DNA of 58,931 nucleotides, counting the filler, from Sphacelaria rigidula (Eukaryota): assembly GCA_964200075.2 (NCBI GenBank). It is 4 parts of 4 records of this genome, joined end to end, with 100 filler letters (N's around TTAATTAATTAA, not from the genome) between each part and the next. Parts side by side here need not be neighbours in the genome. Positions count along the whole stretch, not along the records: positions 1 to 14,658 come from CAXNAA020002116.1; positions 14,759 to 29,416 come from CAXNAA020002117.1; 2 more parts are not named here. One strand, given 5' to 3'. A program made the position numbers and the translations under genes. The notes under the pieces are model-generated. The model was not told the DNA's origin. It made no database searches and was given only the letters and a program-made list of their open reading frames with translations. Below, piece after piece: positions 13,401 to 25,900 of this stretch; the first letter of the stretch is position 1, and every line of letters starts with the position of its first letter.

Positions 13401-14617
13401 GACGAGGAACATTGCTGCGTGCTCCGCGGTTACACAATCGAAAATTATCACCTTCGAGATCAAAGCACCATCATACTGTAGATTTAGATTTCTACATCGA
13501 AGGAGCAGAATGATGTGTGCAAAGTGCCTCAACGGCGTTTTGAAGATGTCGTGATCCATCATCTTCGTGAATATGGCATCCTTTTACCGTATGCAAGCAC
13601 AACGATATAGACCTTTTTTGTGTGCGCAACGAGTGGACATTCAGGTGTTCCAGCGGATTCCCGGTGACTTCACTACTTCTTTCTCCTTCTCATACTCCAC
13701 CTCTTCCTCAGGCTGTCCGTCCCCGGTTGTGAGGGATCAAGGCATGTCTTTCCCAGTACCCACCTTTCAAGGGTGTGTTGCGTAGGGGTACTTTCTACAT
13801 TTGAGTATTTCGAAAATCGTACTCTCAAGCACCCAAAACTTGGGTAGAATATTGAGATCGTACTCAACAAAAGCCATATACTTGGTAAAGGAAGTGCATA
13901 TCTTTGCCCAATGTCCGGGTAGAGTTTGAAGATCGGACCATCGCACCACAAGACTCGGGAGAGTAAATACACGGTCGTTCACCCTGCCCAACGCACTCTT
14001 GCCACCTTTCCACTTGGTATTCCTCAAGTGTTGGATCAGCCCTTCCGCAGCCTCAGCGAGGAACAAGCGGGATTCAGACCAAGCTGTAGTTGCGTAGACC
14101 ATGTGTACACACTCAGTAAGATTATTCAAGGTAGGAAATACATCGAATTATTTGGATACATTCGTGAGGATAAAAATCCATCTGCTGTAGCGTCGAAGTA
14201 CGCCGTACCTAATTGTTCTTGTTGTCTATTCTCACATTAGCCGCTTTCGGGCAATTCCAGCGCCCGTGGTCACAAAGTCGTGACACAAGAAGACAGAAAT
14301 CCGAAAATTATGACTCACGAAGAATGTACGCGATCACTGCGGTACACCCTGAACCTGTACACCGACTGATACCTCTTCTTTGTCGATGCCGACGTGCACA
14401 GGTGTTCCAGCGCGTCCCGAGCGACTCTCCGTCGACGCAAGACGACGCGCGCTTCGACTACTTCGTGGGCACGGTACTGCCGCAAATCCTGCGCGCCAGA
14501 CAGGCACACACTGCGGTCTTCATACCGTCGTACTTCGACTACGTCCGCCTGAGGAACCACCTGTTGAAGAACAAGGCTAGCGTGGTCAGCGTGCACGAGT
14601 ATTCGCGTGGCTCTGAG
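2312..14617 (+). CDS. UTP25: U3 snoRNA-associated protein 25 (UTP25/DIEXF) homolog, multi-exon, 3'-partial. Exons 2312-2479, 6745-8737, 10181-10431, 12907-13023, 14402-14617
   Basis: The GT-AG exons join in consistent phase. Translation gives UTP25 motifs: YALHALNH, RDQGFTRPKVLILLPFR, LYCDFYNSDIILASP, DFLSSIEVCIMDRADVFLMQNW, RQTLIFS, FIPSYFDYVRLRN. The contig ends at 14658 before the C-terminal exons. Confidence 0.93.
4663..5947. mobile_element. Degenerate non-autonomous DNA transposon related to 33372-34183, with a long internal fold-back (about 4700-5435), in UTP25 intron 1
   Basis: Begins TA|CGAGCTGGCCCAGCC. It shares ordered blocks with the 33372 element (TGCAGGCCC, ATACCAAAT..GTCCAACTCC, AACAGTA.TTTGCAGGCC, TAAAGACCAT.T.TCACGAGAAC). 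The right end is degenerate and uncertain. Confidence 0.65.
6745..8737 (+). CDS. UTP25: UTP25 exon 2 (about 2 kb)
   Basis: Acceptor tttcag|GAG, long open frame (685-aa ORF in the track) with RDQGFTRPKVLILLP, donor GAAG|GTGAGG. Confidence 0.92.
10181..10431 (+). CDS. UTP25: UTP25 exon 3
   Basis: ttcag|GA ... DFLSSIEVCIMDRADVFLMQNW ... RQTLIFSAIQ|GTGTGT. Confidence 0.92.
10432..10525. repeat. (GT)n/(GC)n microsatellite starting at the UTP25 exon 3 donor
   Basis: Directly visible. Confidence 0.95.
12496..12615. repeat. Degenerate ~21-bp tandem repeat (TTCTTAGACGCCC core), about 5 copies
   Basis: tagacgcccg / ttgacgccc / tggacgtac / tagacgccc / tagacgccc. Confidence 0.65.
12907..13023 (+). CDS. 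UTP25: UTP25 exon 4
   Basis: gagcag|DPNLNAFVSRHCRNYDGIVKI...AKQ|GTGATT, phase 0 on both sides. Confidence 0.85.
14052..14138 (+). mobile_element. Non-LTR retrotransposon (RTE/CR1-like) reverse transcriptase fragment in UTP25 intron 4
   Basis: LSEEQAGFRPSCSCVDHVYTLSKIIQGRK matches the conserved LINE RT segment EQxGFRxxRSxxDHIFTL. Confidence 0.75.
14402..14617 (+). CDS. UTP25: UTP25 exon 5
   Basis: cacag|VFQRVP...ARFDYF...FIPSYFDYVRLRNHL...HEYSRGSE|GTGAAA. Confidence 0.92.
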
Positions 14618-14658
14618 GTGAAAGAGTCCCGCCCGCCCCCGCCCCCGGGGCGAACCGG

Positions 14659-14758
14659 NNNNNNNNNNNNNNNNNNNNNNNNNNNNNNNNNNNNNNNNNN
14701 NNTTAATTAATTAANNNNNNNNNNNNNNNNNNNNNNNNNNNNNNNNNNNNNNNNNNNN
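14659..14758. other. Artificial 100-bp contig spacer (N44-TTAATTAATTAA-N44)
   Basis: Fixed-length N run with a six-frame stop linker. Confidence 0.97.
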
Positions 14759-14814
14759 CCCCCCCCCCCCCTCCTTACACCCATCCACCGCTGCTGTTCA
14801 TGTCGCCCGCGAAG

Positions 14815-15759
14815 GCCTGGTGTTCAACCCCGCCACCCCTCTCGACCATGCAAAGTACGTGTTGGACAAGATTGACATCATCTTGCTCATGTCGGTGAAC
14901 CCTGGCTTCGGTGGACAGAGCTTTATTCCCAGCACTCTCGACAAGCTGCGGGAGGCGCGCAAGATGATCGATGAATCCGGTTACGACATCCGACTTGAGG
15001 CGAGTTTTTTCACACCATCGCGGTAGCGTGTCAACGACACCAGATTCCCGTGCCAGCGTTTGGTTTTGCGTAGGTGACCACGCCGTCAACGATCCCTTTT
15101 TTGTACTCGAAAACGCAATGTCACATCCCGCTCGCTAAGTATCGCGTTGTGCGCTTAGGGGAATTGATTCATCGTAGTTGGTGAAGCCCTCGTCGTGTTG
15201 ATCTGAAGGAATGTCTCTTTCGAAAATGTCTAATTCGGCAATTCGGCGGCGAGTTTGTCTCGTTACAGAGGGCTTGAGGAACTTGGCACGTCGGGAAGCA
15301 GTGCTTCGCTCTCTCCGAAGATTCCAGCGTACGTCACCATTTTTTCCGTATACGCAAAGTGACCCGTGGCCCAACTAACATCTTCCGCAACCCCTCAGAA
15401 ACTCGAAACAACGAAAGGTGATGGATATTTGAATGCTTGGGTGTTATGAGAAATCCCCAATCCAGCTAAAATATCCCGTGGGTACAAACCATTTTGAGAC
15501 TGCGGCGGATTCCTTCCCCACAGCAAATGGAGCAGTGGTGGCATAGATCACGCACACACACGCAACGTTGAAAATTACCTTGAAAATCCAACAGGTGGAC
15601 GGTGGCTGCGGCGTGGCCAACATAAAGGAGATCGCAGAGGCGGGCGCGGACATGTTCGTTGCTGGATCGGCCATCTTCAACAACCCCCGGACGCAGGACA
15701 ACTACAAGGAAACCATCTCAAAAATGAGGAATGAGTTGGCGGCAGCCAACATTGCTTGA
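14815..15759 (+). CDS. RPE: Ribulose-phosphate 3-epimerase, last two exons (14815-14999, 15595-15759), 5'-partial
   Basis: [10 protein letters not shown]...[16 protein letters not shown]...IRLE|VDGG...[13 protein letters not shown] are diagnostic RPE motifs. Intron 15000-15594 is GC-AG (GAG|GCGAGT ... acag|GTG). Stop TGA at 15757-15759. Confidence 0.95.
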
Positions 15760-18700
15760 GGGGCAGAGGGAGACTTTGGCAGGGTTGCTTTTGTCGTGGT
15801 GAGTACATTTTCTTTCTCGTCGGATTCATTGCGTCCGTGATGAACAGAGATCGATGTCGTCGTCCTTCGTAATTGATCGTTTTATCCTCTACATGATCAT
15901 CTCGGAACGCCCGGATTTCCCTTTTTTTCCTGTCTCGACATGGCTTCCTGAAGTGGTGTTGGCCCTTTGGGGGCGTGAGAGATGACCGTACAAAGAAGAG
16001 CTCTCCATAACAGTTGCCCTAACGGTTGCTACTGTGTTCGACGATGGAACTCGGGATTCTGTACCTTGAAAATTTGTCTGTACTCGAACCAACGAAGTCC
16101 GTTCTGACCGCCTGTCGTGGCACAGCCTTCTGGTACTGGGATGGTCGCGCCAAGTCATGTCTTTGTAGTGTACGTGCGACCCGCATTGCCGGAAACTAAT
16201 ATTCCACGACCAGACCACACGTACATGAATGCGATGTAAGTGAAGCTCATCTGCTGTGCCCATACTAGAACCAATTAGTACGTATTATTGTGAGTGTTTC
16301 CATTTCAGTTTGGCATCCCCTCCCCCCCTGATAGTCACGTCCCCTTACCCTGCCATCTTGTCGTGCCCGAGCGGGTTTTCATCGTTTTGTCGACACCACA
16401 AGATGCACTTGATCTCGGATGTGCCGCATCTCCTGTATCTTGTGCTGGAGCCAAGAATATTCATCTCAGCGAGTGAAATTCCGCAAGGAGCGGATCATTC
16501 GGCAGAGTAATGTATTCACGGACCCATTAAAACGGCCGATCGCTTCTCTCCAGATCTATTGTATCGAGTCTCGAAGAAGCATGTCACACTGGTGTGTGTC
16601 ATTGGTGCAGCCCTTGGATCCAGGCGTGGCGGTGTGACGACATACACGAGTATTTCGCTTGACGACATGGACAAAAAGAGTTCGGGATTGAATGTAGCCA
16701 GAAGAAGCGTTTTCTGTGTCGGTAGGGTACGTGGGGTGTTAAGAATTTGACTTATCCGTCTTGAGCACGGCCAATTTGAAAATAATTGAATCGGAGCGAT
16801 GGAAAGCCAATGTCGTAACCAGCTCTCATCACAATCAACCACTCTAGTATCGAAGTCGTGTCGCAAGAGCTCAGCGTCCAACACACACACTTGGCCAACG
16901 TCCCCAATCCACGTGAAAACGAGTACGACGCCCAAAGCTGGGTGCTTCATGCGCCGGTCGGGACCGATTCACGTGACGAATCCACATTAGGTTTCCGATA
17001 TCATGTATCGCCTTGTGTTTTTGCTATCGTCCGCCGAGCACCCCCCACCTCCGCACCTCCCGTGTCCCTCCTGTGTCTCTCGGCCGCTCTTTTGTTCAGG
17101 AATTTTGTGCATTATTGGATCAGTCATGGCGAGCGAGCGGACGGGTGAGCGGACGTTTCGACAAGTATCTCCTCTCTGACAAAGAGGAAATATGCAGCAT
17201 TTATTATTCGAGTATTCGAGTAGACTTGCGGCTGTTGGTTGGAAGCCTGCTGCACCCAGAGGGGAAAATGGGGCGTGTGGTGTATGATGTACTCGAAGAA
17301 CCTCCTGGTTCTCTCGCTACATGGTGCGCGCCTATTGCCGTGAAGCATTTCATAGTGACATTAGAAATGCTGTGTCTTGCAGGTAAGGAACGGGATCAGA
17401 TAGCTATGTTGCGAGGGAGGGACAGGCGCAAAATAACGAATGTCTCTCCTGTGTTCGGAAGACAACCGTTTTTTGTTATTTGATTCTTCACGCATCAAAC
17501 TCCGATATACGGCGAGAGAAGAGCCTTTAGTCGGTGACGAACGTTTTCGAACTGTACACACGAGGGTCTTTGCGAGTAGCAGCCCTATTAGTGAAAAATC
17601 TGCACGTCGATCGAACTGCGGCCTTCGTGTCGTGGTCGTGAGCTCATGCGGGGATTGTGGGTAGGAGGGTGCCCTGACTGTTTTCTGGCATAATCTATTT
17701 GGGAGTCATCCTACGATAGGGGGGGGGGCGGGGGTATTTGATTGCACGAACAAAAAGGTTTACAGGTTTGTCAGACGACCTGCCATAGTCCTGGTGCGCT
17801 TGTACCTGTTTGAAAATGGTGTTGAGCAATATGAATAAGCGTTCTTCGTCTATAACAAGCTCGGTCGAACAACCGTTGCTGCTTTCAACGACGATTTGAC
17901 TTGGAATTTGGTGCAAGAAGTGGCCCAAAACCCCCCCCCCCCACCTCCACCAGAGGATAACTGTTGGTCCGCAGCAGTGTGGGTATTGAATGGGCTGTGC
18001 GGTGTTACCAGCCGACACGAAAATGTTTTGATATTATAGACGTGCACAATATCTGAGTTGCAGATAATCACGTACTTTGCCCGCGTTTGGGCAGACGGCT
18101 GTGTTCATACAACGCGTATATCTACATATCGCAATTCATACTGCTCTGCGACACAAGAGAAAAAGAGTTTGCAAAGGGGAATGTTATGGACGTGGTGTTG
18201 AGAAAAAGAATACCCAACATTGAGGTAGCGGCAGTCATGAAATGTAATTGATGTGATATTGATATTGTTATGCCCGCAAGGAAGAGCAGATTCATGCAAA
18301 CTCCCGGGTGCCAGGCGTGCGCGCCCACTTCACGTTCACCCCTTGCAAGACTTGTTGAATCTGCGGCGAATTTCCAGCGCCGGTACCCTTGGCGCTTTGA
18401 TCTTCACTCCCTGCTTCTGCGGACATTTTCTTCTCTACTTGCTTCGACCTACCCCTACCACCTACCGTTTCGGTATAACCGGCGCAGGCCGACGTTACCG
18501 GCAAACATGTGCGGTGCAGTACAGCAACTACTATCGCGATCATCCAGCGATCAGGGGGTACCCCTCCCATGAAATCGGGTACCCCCCACCCCCCCCTCCT
18601 CCAACCCCAGAATGAGGTTTGTGCGGCGAGGGGGGGCGGTGGTGCATGGATTTCCCGATATGAGGCCCCTCGCCAGCTTAGCCATGTTTCGAAGTTATTA

Positions 18701-18818
18701 TTCCTTTCATCGGCCGCACAGGGTCTAGGATGTTTACCGTAGGAGCAACCGTGTACAAAAATCAATGGATGAAGGAAGTGGTGCATAGGTATGCACGCAC
18801 GCGACTCAAATGGGCTGC

Positions 18819-19125
18819 TTAACCCTTAAACCGCGAGATGAGTCTTTCTGGATCATGCATACTTTTTTTCACTTGAAATTGATGCCGATTCAACATAAGA
18901 CGAACCTCGTGTTCTGAGGGTTGACCCTTAGACCGCGAGATTAGTCTTTTTGGATCATGCATATGTTTCACTTGAAACCGATGCCGATTCAACAGAAGAC
19001 TAACCTCGCGGTCTAAGCGTTAACCCTCCGACCGCGAGATTAGTCTTTCTGGATCATGTACACTCTTTTTCACTTGAAATTGATGCCGATTCAACAGAAG
19101 ACTTACCTCGCGATCTAAGGGCTAA
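18819..19125. mobile_element. Three tandem ~97-bp piggyBac-like MITEs
   Basis: Units 18823-18920, 18925-19019 and 19024-19121 follow consensus CCCTTAGACCGCGAGATTAGTCTT...AAGACTAACCTCGCGGTCTAAGGG. They are bounded by TTAA, TTGA, TTAA and CTAA. Confidence 0.78.
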
Positions 19126-19654
19126 GGGTCAGGATGTTGAACTTGATGGCGGTAACCATAAGCCTCGAGGCATGCGTCTATCGTGATAACATGAGGAAAA
19201 AAATGTATGGGATCACTGCTTTCTTGGGTGATGTACATCAATTATCGAACCCTCGAATCACGCGATTTTTTCTTGTAGACGGTAGATGACGGCGAAGAGG
19301 CCAGCGGAATAATATTATTGTCAACTGGACGATAGGATCTCTCCCTTCGCTTGGTACCTCTTGAATACCTTATACGCTGAAATGGCACGAGCGCACCTTC
19401 CGAGGTGCATCGTATATATGTGTTGTTGACCTCCTTTCATATCTTTTTCTTTTTTGCTCACTAATAAGAGTTTGACTTGGTGAGAACTTATTAATAGTAT
19501 CATATGATGAAAGAGAAGGAAGCCCCTGGAACAAGAAATGTCATCGATTGGAACAAGAAATGTCATCGACCGACCCGAGGGCAATCCGACGTTCACCGTC
19601 ATTTCATTTAGCCCGCTTCTTGTGGTGAAAAAACGGAATATCTGAGAAACGCCC

Positions 19655-19928
19655 TTTTTGAGCCGTTCATCGAGGATTTTTAACGGACTACGGGCCTTGG
19701 CGGATTGGGTTCCACGAGGACTCCGGTTTTTTGGCTTTCCCAATTTTTCGTACGTCCAGTTTTACTTTCGACCGGATTCCCGATTTTGTCAGTCGCCCCC
19801 CAAATCTCCGAGTCGGCGTGATAAAATGCGCTAGAATCCTCTCGGAAAGCATAACAAATATTGAGAGGAGGCCCGATTCGGCAAGGTCCGTATATTCCGT
19901 AAAAAATGCGCGATGAAGGGCTCAAAAA
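19655..19928. repeat. Imperfect inverted repeat (~58-bp arms), probably a MITE remnant
   Basis: TTTTTGAGCCGTTCATCG...GCCTTGGCGGATTGGG versus CCCGATTCGGCAAGG...CGATGAAGGGCTCAAAAA. Confidence 0.65.
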
Positions 19929-22900
19929 CAGCAGTTGTCGAAGAAAGTGGGTTGTACGGTCTTCCTAGTTTTTGAACGTGCGGTTGAATCCGCGTACTTT
20001 CGTGTAAGCATGAAAACGATGACGCCCGCCCATGGAAAAAGAGAGGAACGAGCAGATTCTACCCCTCGCCGGTTGGGTGTCGGTTACGACCACCAAAAAG
20101 TAGGCCACCTGGGTCTTGCAAGCATTTTTCAAGTGAAGATGATTCGCGCCGATCTAGCAGATGATCTGCAGTAGCTTGGCAGTCAACCTGGGTGCGAAGA
20201 GTTTATGGATCTTTGCTGTAGCAAAAACATATCAATTGGCATCATACACCTTCATTTAAAAAATAAGTGAACACAAGTACATTATACTTTGTGTGACCCA
20301 GACGATTTACTATGATACTCCGGCGATCGAAGGGTTGAGGGTCCAGGAGGAGAGCCCTGGTGGATTATCCGCAATTAATTCTCCGTGAACCCTAGACTAT
20401 TTATTTGTGATCCGTTCTTATTATTGCAGTGCATGCGTCGTATGCTGAACTGTTGTATGCATGCGTAGACAGGAAGCAATACTGCCGAGTGTGCTAGTCT
20501 GCGAGGGAGGGAAATCAGGCCTATATCGGGGTAAGAGCCCCGCGGGCACCGCGACCACCTGTTGAACCAGCACCTCGATCGAGCGGCCAGAGGATCGACT
20601 CGCTCCGAGACGAAGATCGCTGACCAACAACTTGGCGTCTTGGCTTTGTTTGTTTGCCAGGAGTGCTGAGCAGACGCTGCCGCAGCTTGCTCTTTCCATT
20701 TTGCCAGGAAGTAATAGAAAGGGTGAATGACCGCGGGCGGTTCGGATATCTCTCGTACACCCCAAGCACACCCATATGTTTATCTATGTATATACACCCA
20801 TATAAATATATAATCGCATTTTTCATACGTGTGAGGGAAAGCAGGCGAAGGTCGATAGATTGATCCCGTGAGACTGCCGACTCGTCCCGTGGACGTGAAG
20901 AGACTGGAAGCGTAACGGGAGAAAAAAGCATACCCATAATTCTACCACAGATCCCATGATAATGATAAGAATTAGACTTCTTTTATATATATATAATACT
21001 TGTCGTTTACTAGAGGTTTGTTTAACTTTCTTTCCTATCATTTTATGCACTTTTTTTGCGTCACGTATTAGATGATATATTTAGTAGTGTAGCCTCGGTG
21101 TAGCCTCAGAATTCCCGCTTATTCATGTCTCGGGTATGTTATATGATAGTCGAGCACGAAACATGCTACCCGATCCAGTCAATCTGGGCGATGGGGAAAA
21201 CGGGGGAGTAAAATCCGCCTACCACTCTCTAGTGTTTTCGATATTCTCAAACATGAAAAAAAAAAAAGTACACATACCGCGTACTGTCATCTGAATTTTC
21301 TCTCATAATTTTTTCCCCTGCGTGACCCCGGTGACTCCGTATGAAACGTCCATGTATACCGAAAGGTGGGGACTGTCGTCCTGGATGTATGAGGCAAAGA
21401 CACATGAACCATAACATTTTTTCTTTCACGCAAACCGGTGTTGCCAGTCGTTTATGCATGATGTATTATTTCACGGCTCATTGAACATAAATGACGAGCA
21501 ATCGCTCCGCCCCCTTTTATTGTTTATTCACCGACTCCACCACAAAACTCCGGCCTAGTACGAATACTGAAACTCAGAGTTGAGGAACGGGTTCCAATGT
21601 TTCAACGGCTACAGTAGTAGTGTTGCTCACATGTACCACCAACGGTTACTGTGATCGCCCGACTGACGATAGTTGACAAATTACAGAGCCCTACCTAGGC
21701 TAAGTGACGTACGTAAGAAGGTAATTTCATTTTTTTGTGAAATTTTTACTTCACCAATGGACAAGAACCAAAATTGTGTACGAAGTTACACATTCGTAAA
21801 TTTACCCGAATTTTCATATGTTCAAAATACCGTCGGTGCCATCAAACACGAATACACACCCGGTTCATCCTACAGCCGAGGTGGATAGAGGACAAGACAG
21901 GGGACAGGGCCGTCCGGGAAGGGCGTCTTGATTGTTGTACAGAGGGAATGGCGTTCGGCTTTATGTAGAAGGGGCTTGATTTCACGGCCCCGTCTCCTCT
22001 GTTCTCGTCTGTAAAGGTCTAGGGCGAGTGATAAGACCTCTTAGACCCCCTGAAGGGAGCCGGCGGTTCGTACCGGGTCAACAAAAGCAAGAGAAGGCAG
22101 CAAGAGGGAGTACAGAGGGAGACGGGAGACATTGGTTGTACATCTGCTGAGCATACTGGCTGTACTCTACTGTACAGGGGAATAAGCGAAAGATCTCCAA
22201 GAGGCGAGGATGGCGACACCGCAGGAGTACATGTGGGAATGGAATGGTGCCCGATCGGAGGTGGCATTCCCAAGGCTTCCGCGTTCCCGTAGGCAAGAAA
22301 CAATGAAGCCACCACCGACAACAACCTTTTATCGTGATGCTGAAGGTCTGTGCTGATGTGTGTGTAACGGTCGAAGATTACATTACTGTGGTATATAAGG
22401 CAGTAACGACTGTGTTGGTTTATTGAGTGCACTCATCATACAACGACAAGAAGGCTCCAGCTTTCGGGAAGTGGGTAAGGTGTAAGGTACGAACGCGTGC
22501 TCGTGTCGGCGTGTATGCGTGTCTACAGGCCTCAAGCCTGACAATCCTATTGGGCCCTTCAACCAGTGGGAATCGGAGAGCGGTCCTGAAGAGGCCGGAA
22601 AGTGTTGTGTCTTGGCGGAAAATAATTACCTGTCAACCTGGGAAACATAGCAGAAAATAAACTGGGGATTTGCTATATGGTTTGTTCTTCACGAATAATA
22701 ACAAAATCCCGTTTGGACTGCACACGGTACATGGTGGTGAACTTTGGGCGAACGGTGGCGGACCCTCCCCTACGCACCCGCACGAGCGCAGTCACAGCGG
22801 TAGTTCGGGTGTGATTTATGTTCTGAAGTTTCCCGGCTTCCACACATCTTTGCTCGCTCCTGTCTGCCGCGTAGTCTTGAAGTAACGAAGGCACTGGAGC

Positions 22901-25900
22901 CTTTCCTCACGCCTGTCTATCTCCTCCCAGCCTTGGCCAACGAACAAGTATCACCCCCATCATATCTTCTCGTGTGGTCCTTCTGAATTGGGTTGTCTCT
23001 CGTTTGTTTGTGTTTTTCGGGGTGGGTGTTGGATCTGGCTTCGGGTGCGGGATTTTGGCGCGGCCTTTTCCTGTGAGCGAACAGACCACTCGGAGCCATC
23101 GCGGGATCAGCTCTGGCGTGGTCACGGGAAGCGGATGGCGAATGGAGGGGGTATCCACGTGGTGGTGTGCTGCTGTAATGAAGACGAAGATGAACTCAAG
23201 GTGGGTGGTCTTGAATTATTGACCAGGCTTGATTCAATGGGTCGCAGCGAGTTCTTATGCATCTGTGTCGAGAATTTTCGCGAGAATTTACGTGAGTGTT
23301 TTTGTAGGGGTGCAGGGGGTGGGTGGGGTCGGATGCGTCGCGCACTCTGGAATCAAGGTTTCAATTCACCATGAGGAGCATGCGCGTGCTACAGTGAAAC
23401 GCTTCAACAGCTGCATTCGTACTCTGCGTGAAGGATACAAGGGACGGGAAACACATGCACGGCCACTTCATCTTCTTGTCCCCTGCACCTCATCTACTTA
23501 CTGTAGGCAGGATTGTCGCCATCTATCTTTTTCACACGTCGTTTCGTTCCATCGCGGTGCGTGACTTTTCACAACTGCCTTTCGCACATGGTTTTTCGGT
23601 GACGGTTTCACATGACTTCACACCGCATGGTCCGCTTTGTGGCACACAGGTCATGCTGTCAACATTTAACTCGAATCATCAAGCTCCATGCCGAGTACGA
23701 GCTACTTTCATCGTGGACTCTCGAAATAGCGGCTTCTATGATGCATACAGCGACACTTTCGTGGTGAGTGATTTTGCCCCTCCCCCCCACCTAATCCCTT
23801 CCCCGTCCTCAGAAACAATTTGCAATTTTGCACGTTTCCGACTACATGTACATTACTGTACTTCTTTTGGGGGGGAATAGGGAGTGTGCATACCGCATTG
23901 CACGAAATATCCTCTGGTCATTTTTACCATCTCCACGCCGCCACAAGCATCACGCGATACAGGGAGTTTCGAGGAGAGTTATGGGTGTGGATACAGCACA
24001 GAGGCACAATGGGGGTGTCCGCGCAGCGTAATATGGCAATCGTAGTTGAGGTTTCCGTGCGGATCGGGAATGCAAGATGCTGTTTCATACTCATGGTGTG
24101 TTCATCATTGGGGTGATAGTTTGGTGTTGTGGCTGGATGCCCTTGTTGCACACCCAGTGTTGTGGTACAGTCAGTCCCCTGTGCCGCCCGAAATGCGCAC
24201 CGCTCTTGGCCTTGTGGCGTTTGTTCCAGAGATGGATGACTGCCTGAGTATCCAGTAATACGGACCCTAGCGTGCTTTTTGTTTCCCTCCTTGGATGTTG
24301 CCCATGTTCTTCTGTGTCTAGGGAAGAGCAAAATGTGCCCCTTCATGTGAATGTTCTTTCCTTCCAACAGCACGTCCGACTGTAGCTCATTGATACCCGC
24401 ACATCAAGATGTTTCCCGAAGTTCCAACCTCTCGAACGATTTAGACACGACCGCGCACGATACGTCGCGGGTGTTGCAACGCAGCATACGCTGGTGCACA
24501 GCCGAATGTAATACGGAAGCGCCGCGGCACCATGCCGTGCGTGCGCGCTGTGCCAGATCTAAGGTATTCAAACCCATCTGCTTTTGCAGGGGAAATATGT
24601 CGGCGAATGGAAGTCTAGTGCCTGGTGTACGGTGTATCGGTTGCGCTTGAACACTTTTTGAAGCAAAGTATGTACTGTTCGAGGGAGGTACCCGTGTGCT
24701 CTAGTTTTTCCTTCATGAAGTCGGAGTGTTGTGGCCGCCAGCCACGCGTTATCCCTTTAGAAGTAAAAATGTTTAGTGGCTAGTTTGTCCGACGCTTGAA
24801 GCACCTCACCGCTGCGTATGAAGTCGGCAGGCGTTCCCGCATTCTTTCAATGCCCCGATCATGTTTTTGTGTGTACTCCTTTGATTCGCCTCAAGTACTG
24901 AACACCCACACCCTGGGTACGTACCGAGGGCTTTCTGGATTTTCGGCATAAAAGTAGACCTCTCCAAAAGGCCAGTTTGTCTGATGGAACGGACTTGTTC
25001 AGCCGAGGTTGAATATGTTCCAAGTCCAAGTCTTGGTCATCACGTTCAGCTCTCATCAGAGCAAAATTACAACCCCGAGCGCTCGCGCTCTGCATGCAGC
25101 GCGTATCTGGACCCAACACGGTGCGTCTGCGACGTAATATGACATCCCGGTATCGTTACGATCATCCGGAGGTGATGCAAGTACTGTTTGTACTATCACC
25201 GCCCGGATATTCTATACTCCGTTTGAATTGGCGATTGATGCGTGTATCTACTCCTCTATGTGGGAAAAAAAAGTTCACGAGTTTGATGCGACGCTGCGCT
25301 TCCGAAAATACTACATAAACGATGAGTGTGCACGATGACCACCCCGTGTTGAGCCCAGCCTTTATGAATGGTTGAGGGGACCCTCTCCCATGGCAGGTGA
25401 TGATGGGCCGCGCCCAAACTTTGCTACACACGTACACATACATGATGAAATCTTGCGCAGTCCCCGACGGTACCACAAAGTTCAGCTGGTTCTGTCTTGA
25501 CACTTCTTGTCCTGATGTACATGAAAGCCGGCAGGTGGTGTGTCTGATCACCGGAAATCGTTTCTTCGGCGGGCTTTTACTCGAGGAATGAATGGCATCA
25601 AGCAGTCACGATACCGTTTCATTCGGGACCAAACGCGGTCCGCATGCACGTTCCATGTATCGTGGGACGAGCCTCCTCACATTGATAAGCGCTGCCGTAC
25701 AGACGGTACATCATAGTATCCTCGTTGATGCAGCCTGGGTGAAGCCGTTCCACGTTTCCGCTGTTTCTCCGCTCACTTTTGACAAAAATGTGTGGGAGTG
25801 ATGATTCCCACTATCGGCATATCACAACGGCTATCAGCCGGAGCTTTGGTGCGGCTGAACTCGGACCTTTCCACGAGCAGCTCCACCTGTGTCTCCTCAC

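Noticed and set aside
14703..14714. TTAATTAATTAA as a biological motif
   Set aside because: It is embedded in fixed N runs three times, so it is an assembly linker.
14402..15759. UTP25-RPE fusion or a photosynthesis/alginate gene cluster
   Set aside because: The genes lie on different contigs joined artificially.
18819..19125. CRISPR-like repeat-spacer array
   Set aside because: Whole units are homologous with no unique spacers. TIR plus TTAA structure explains it.
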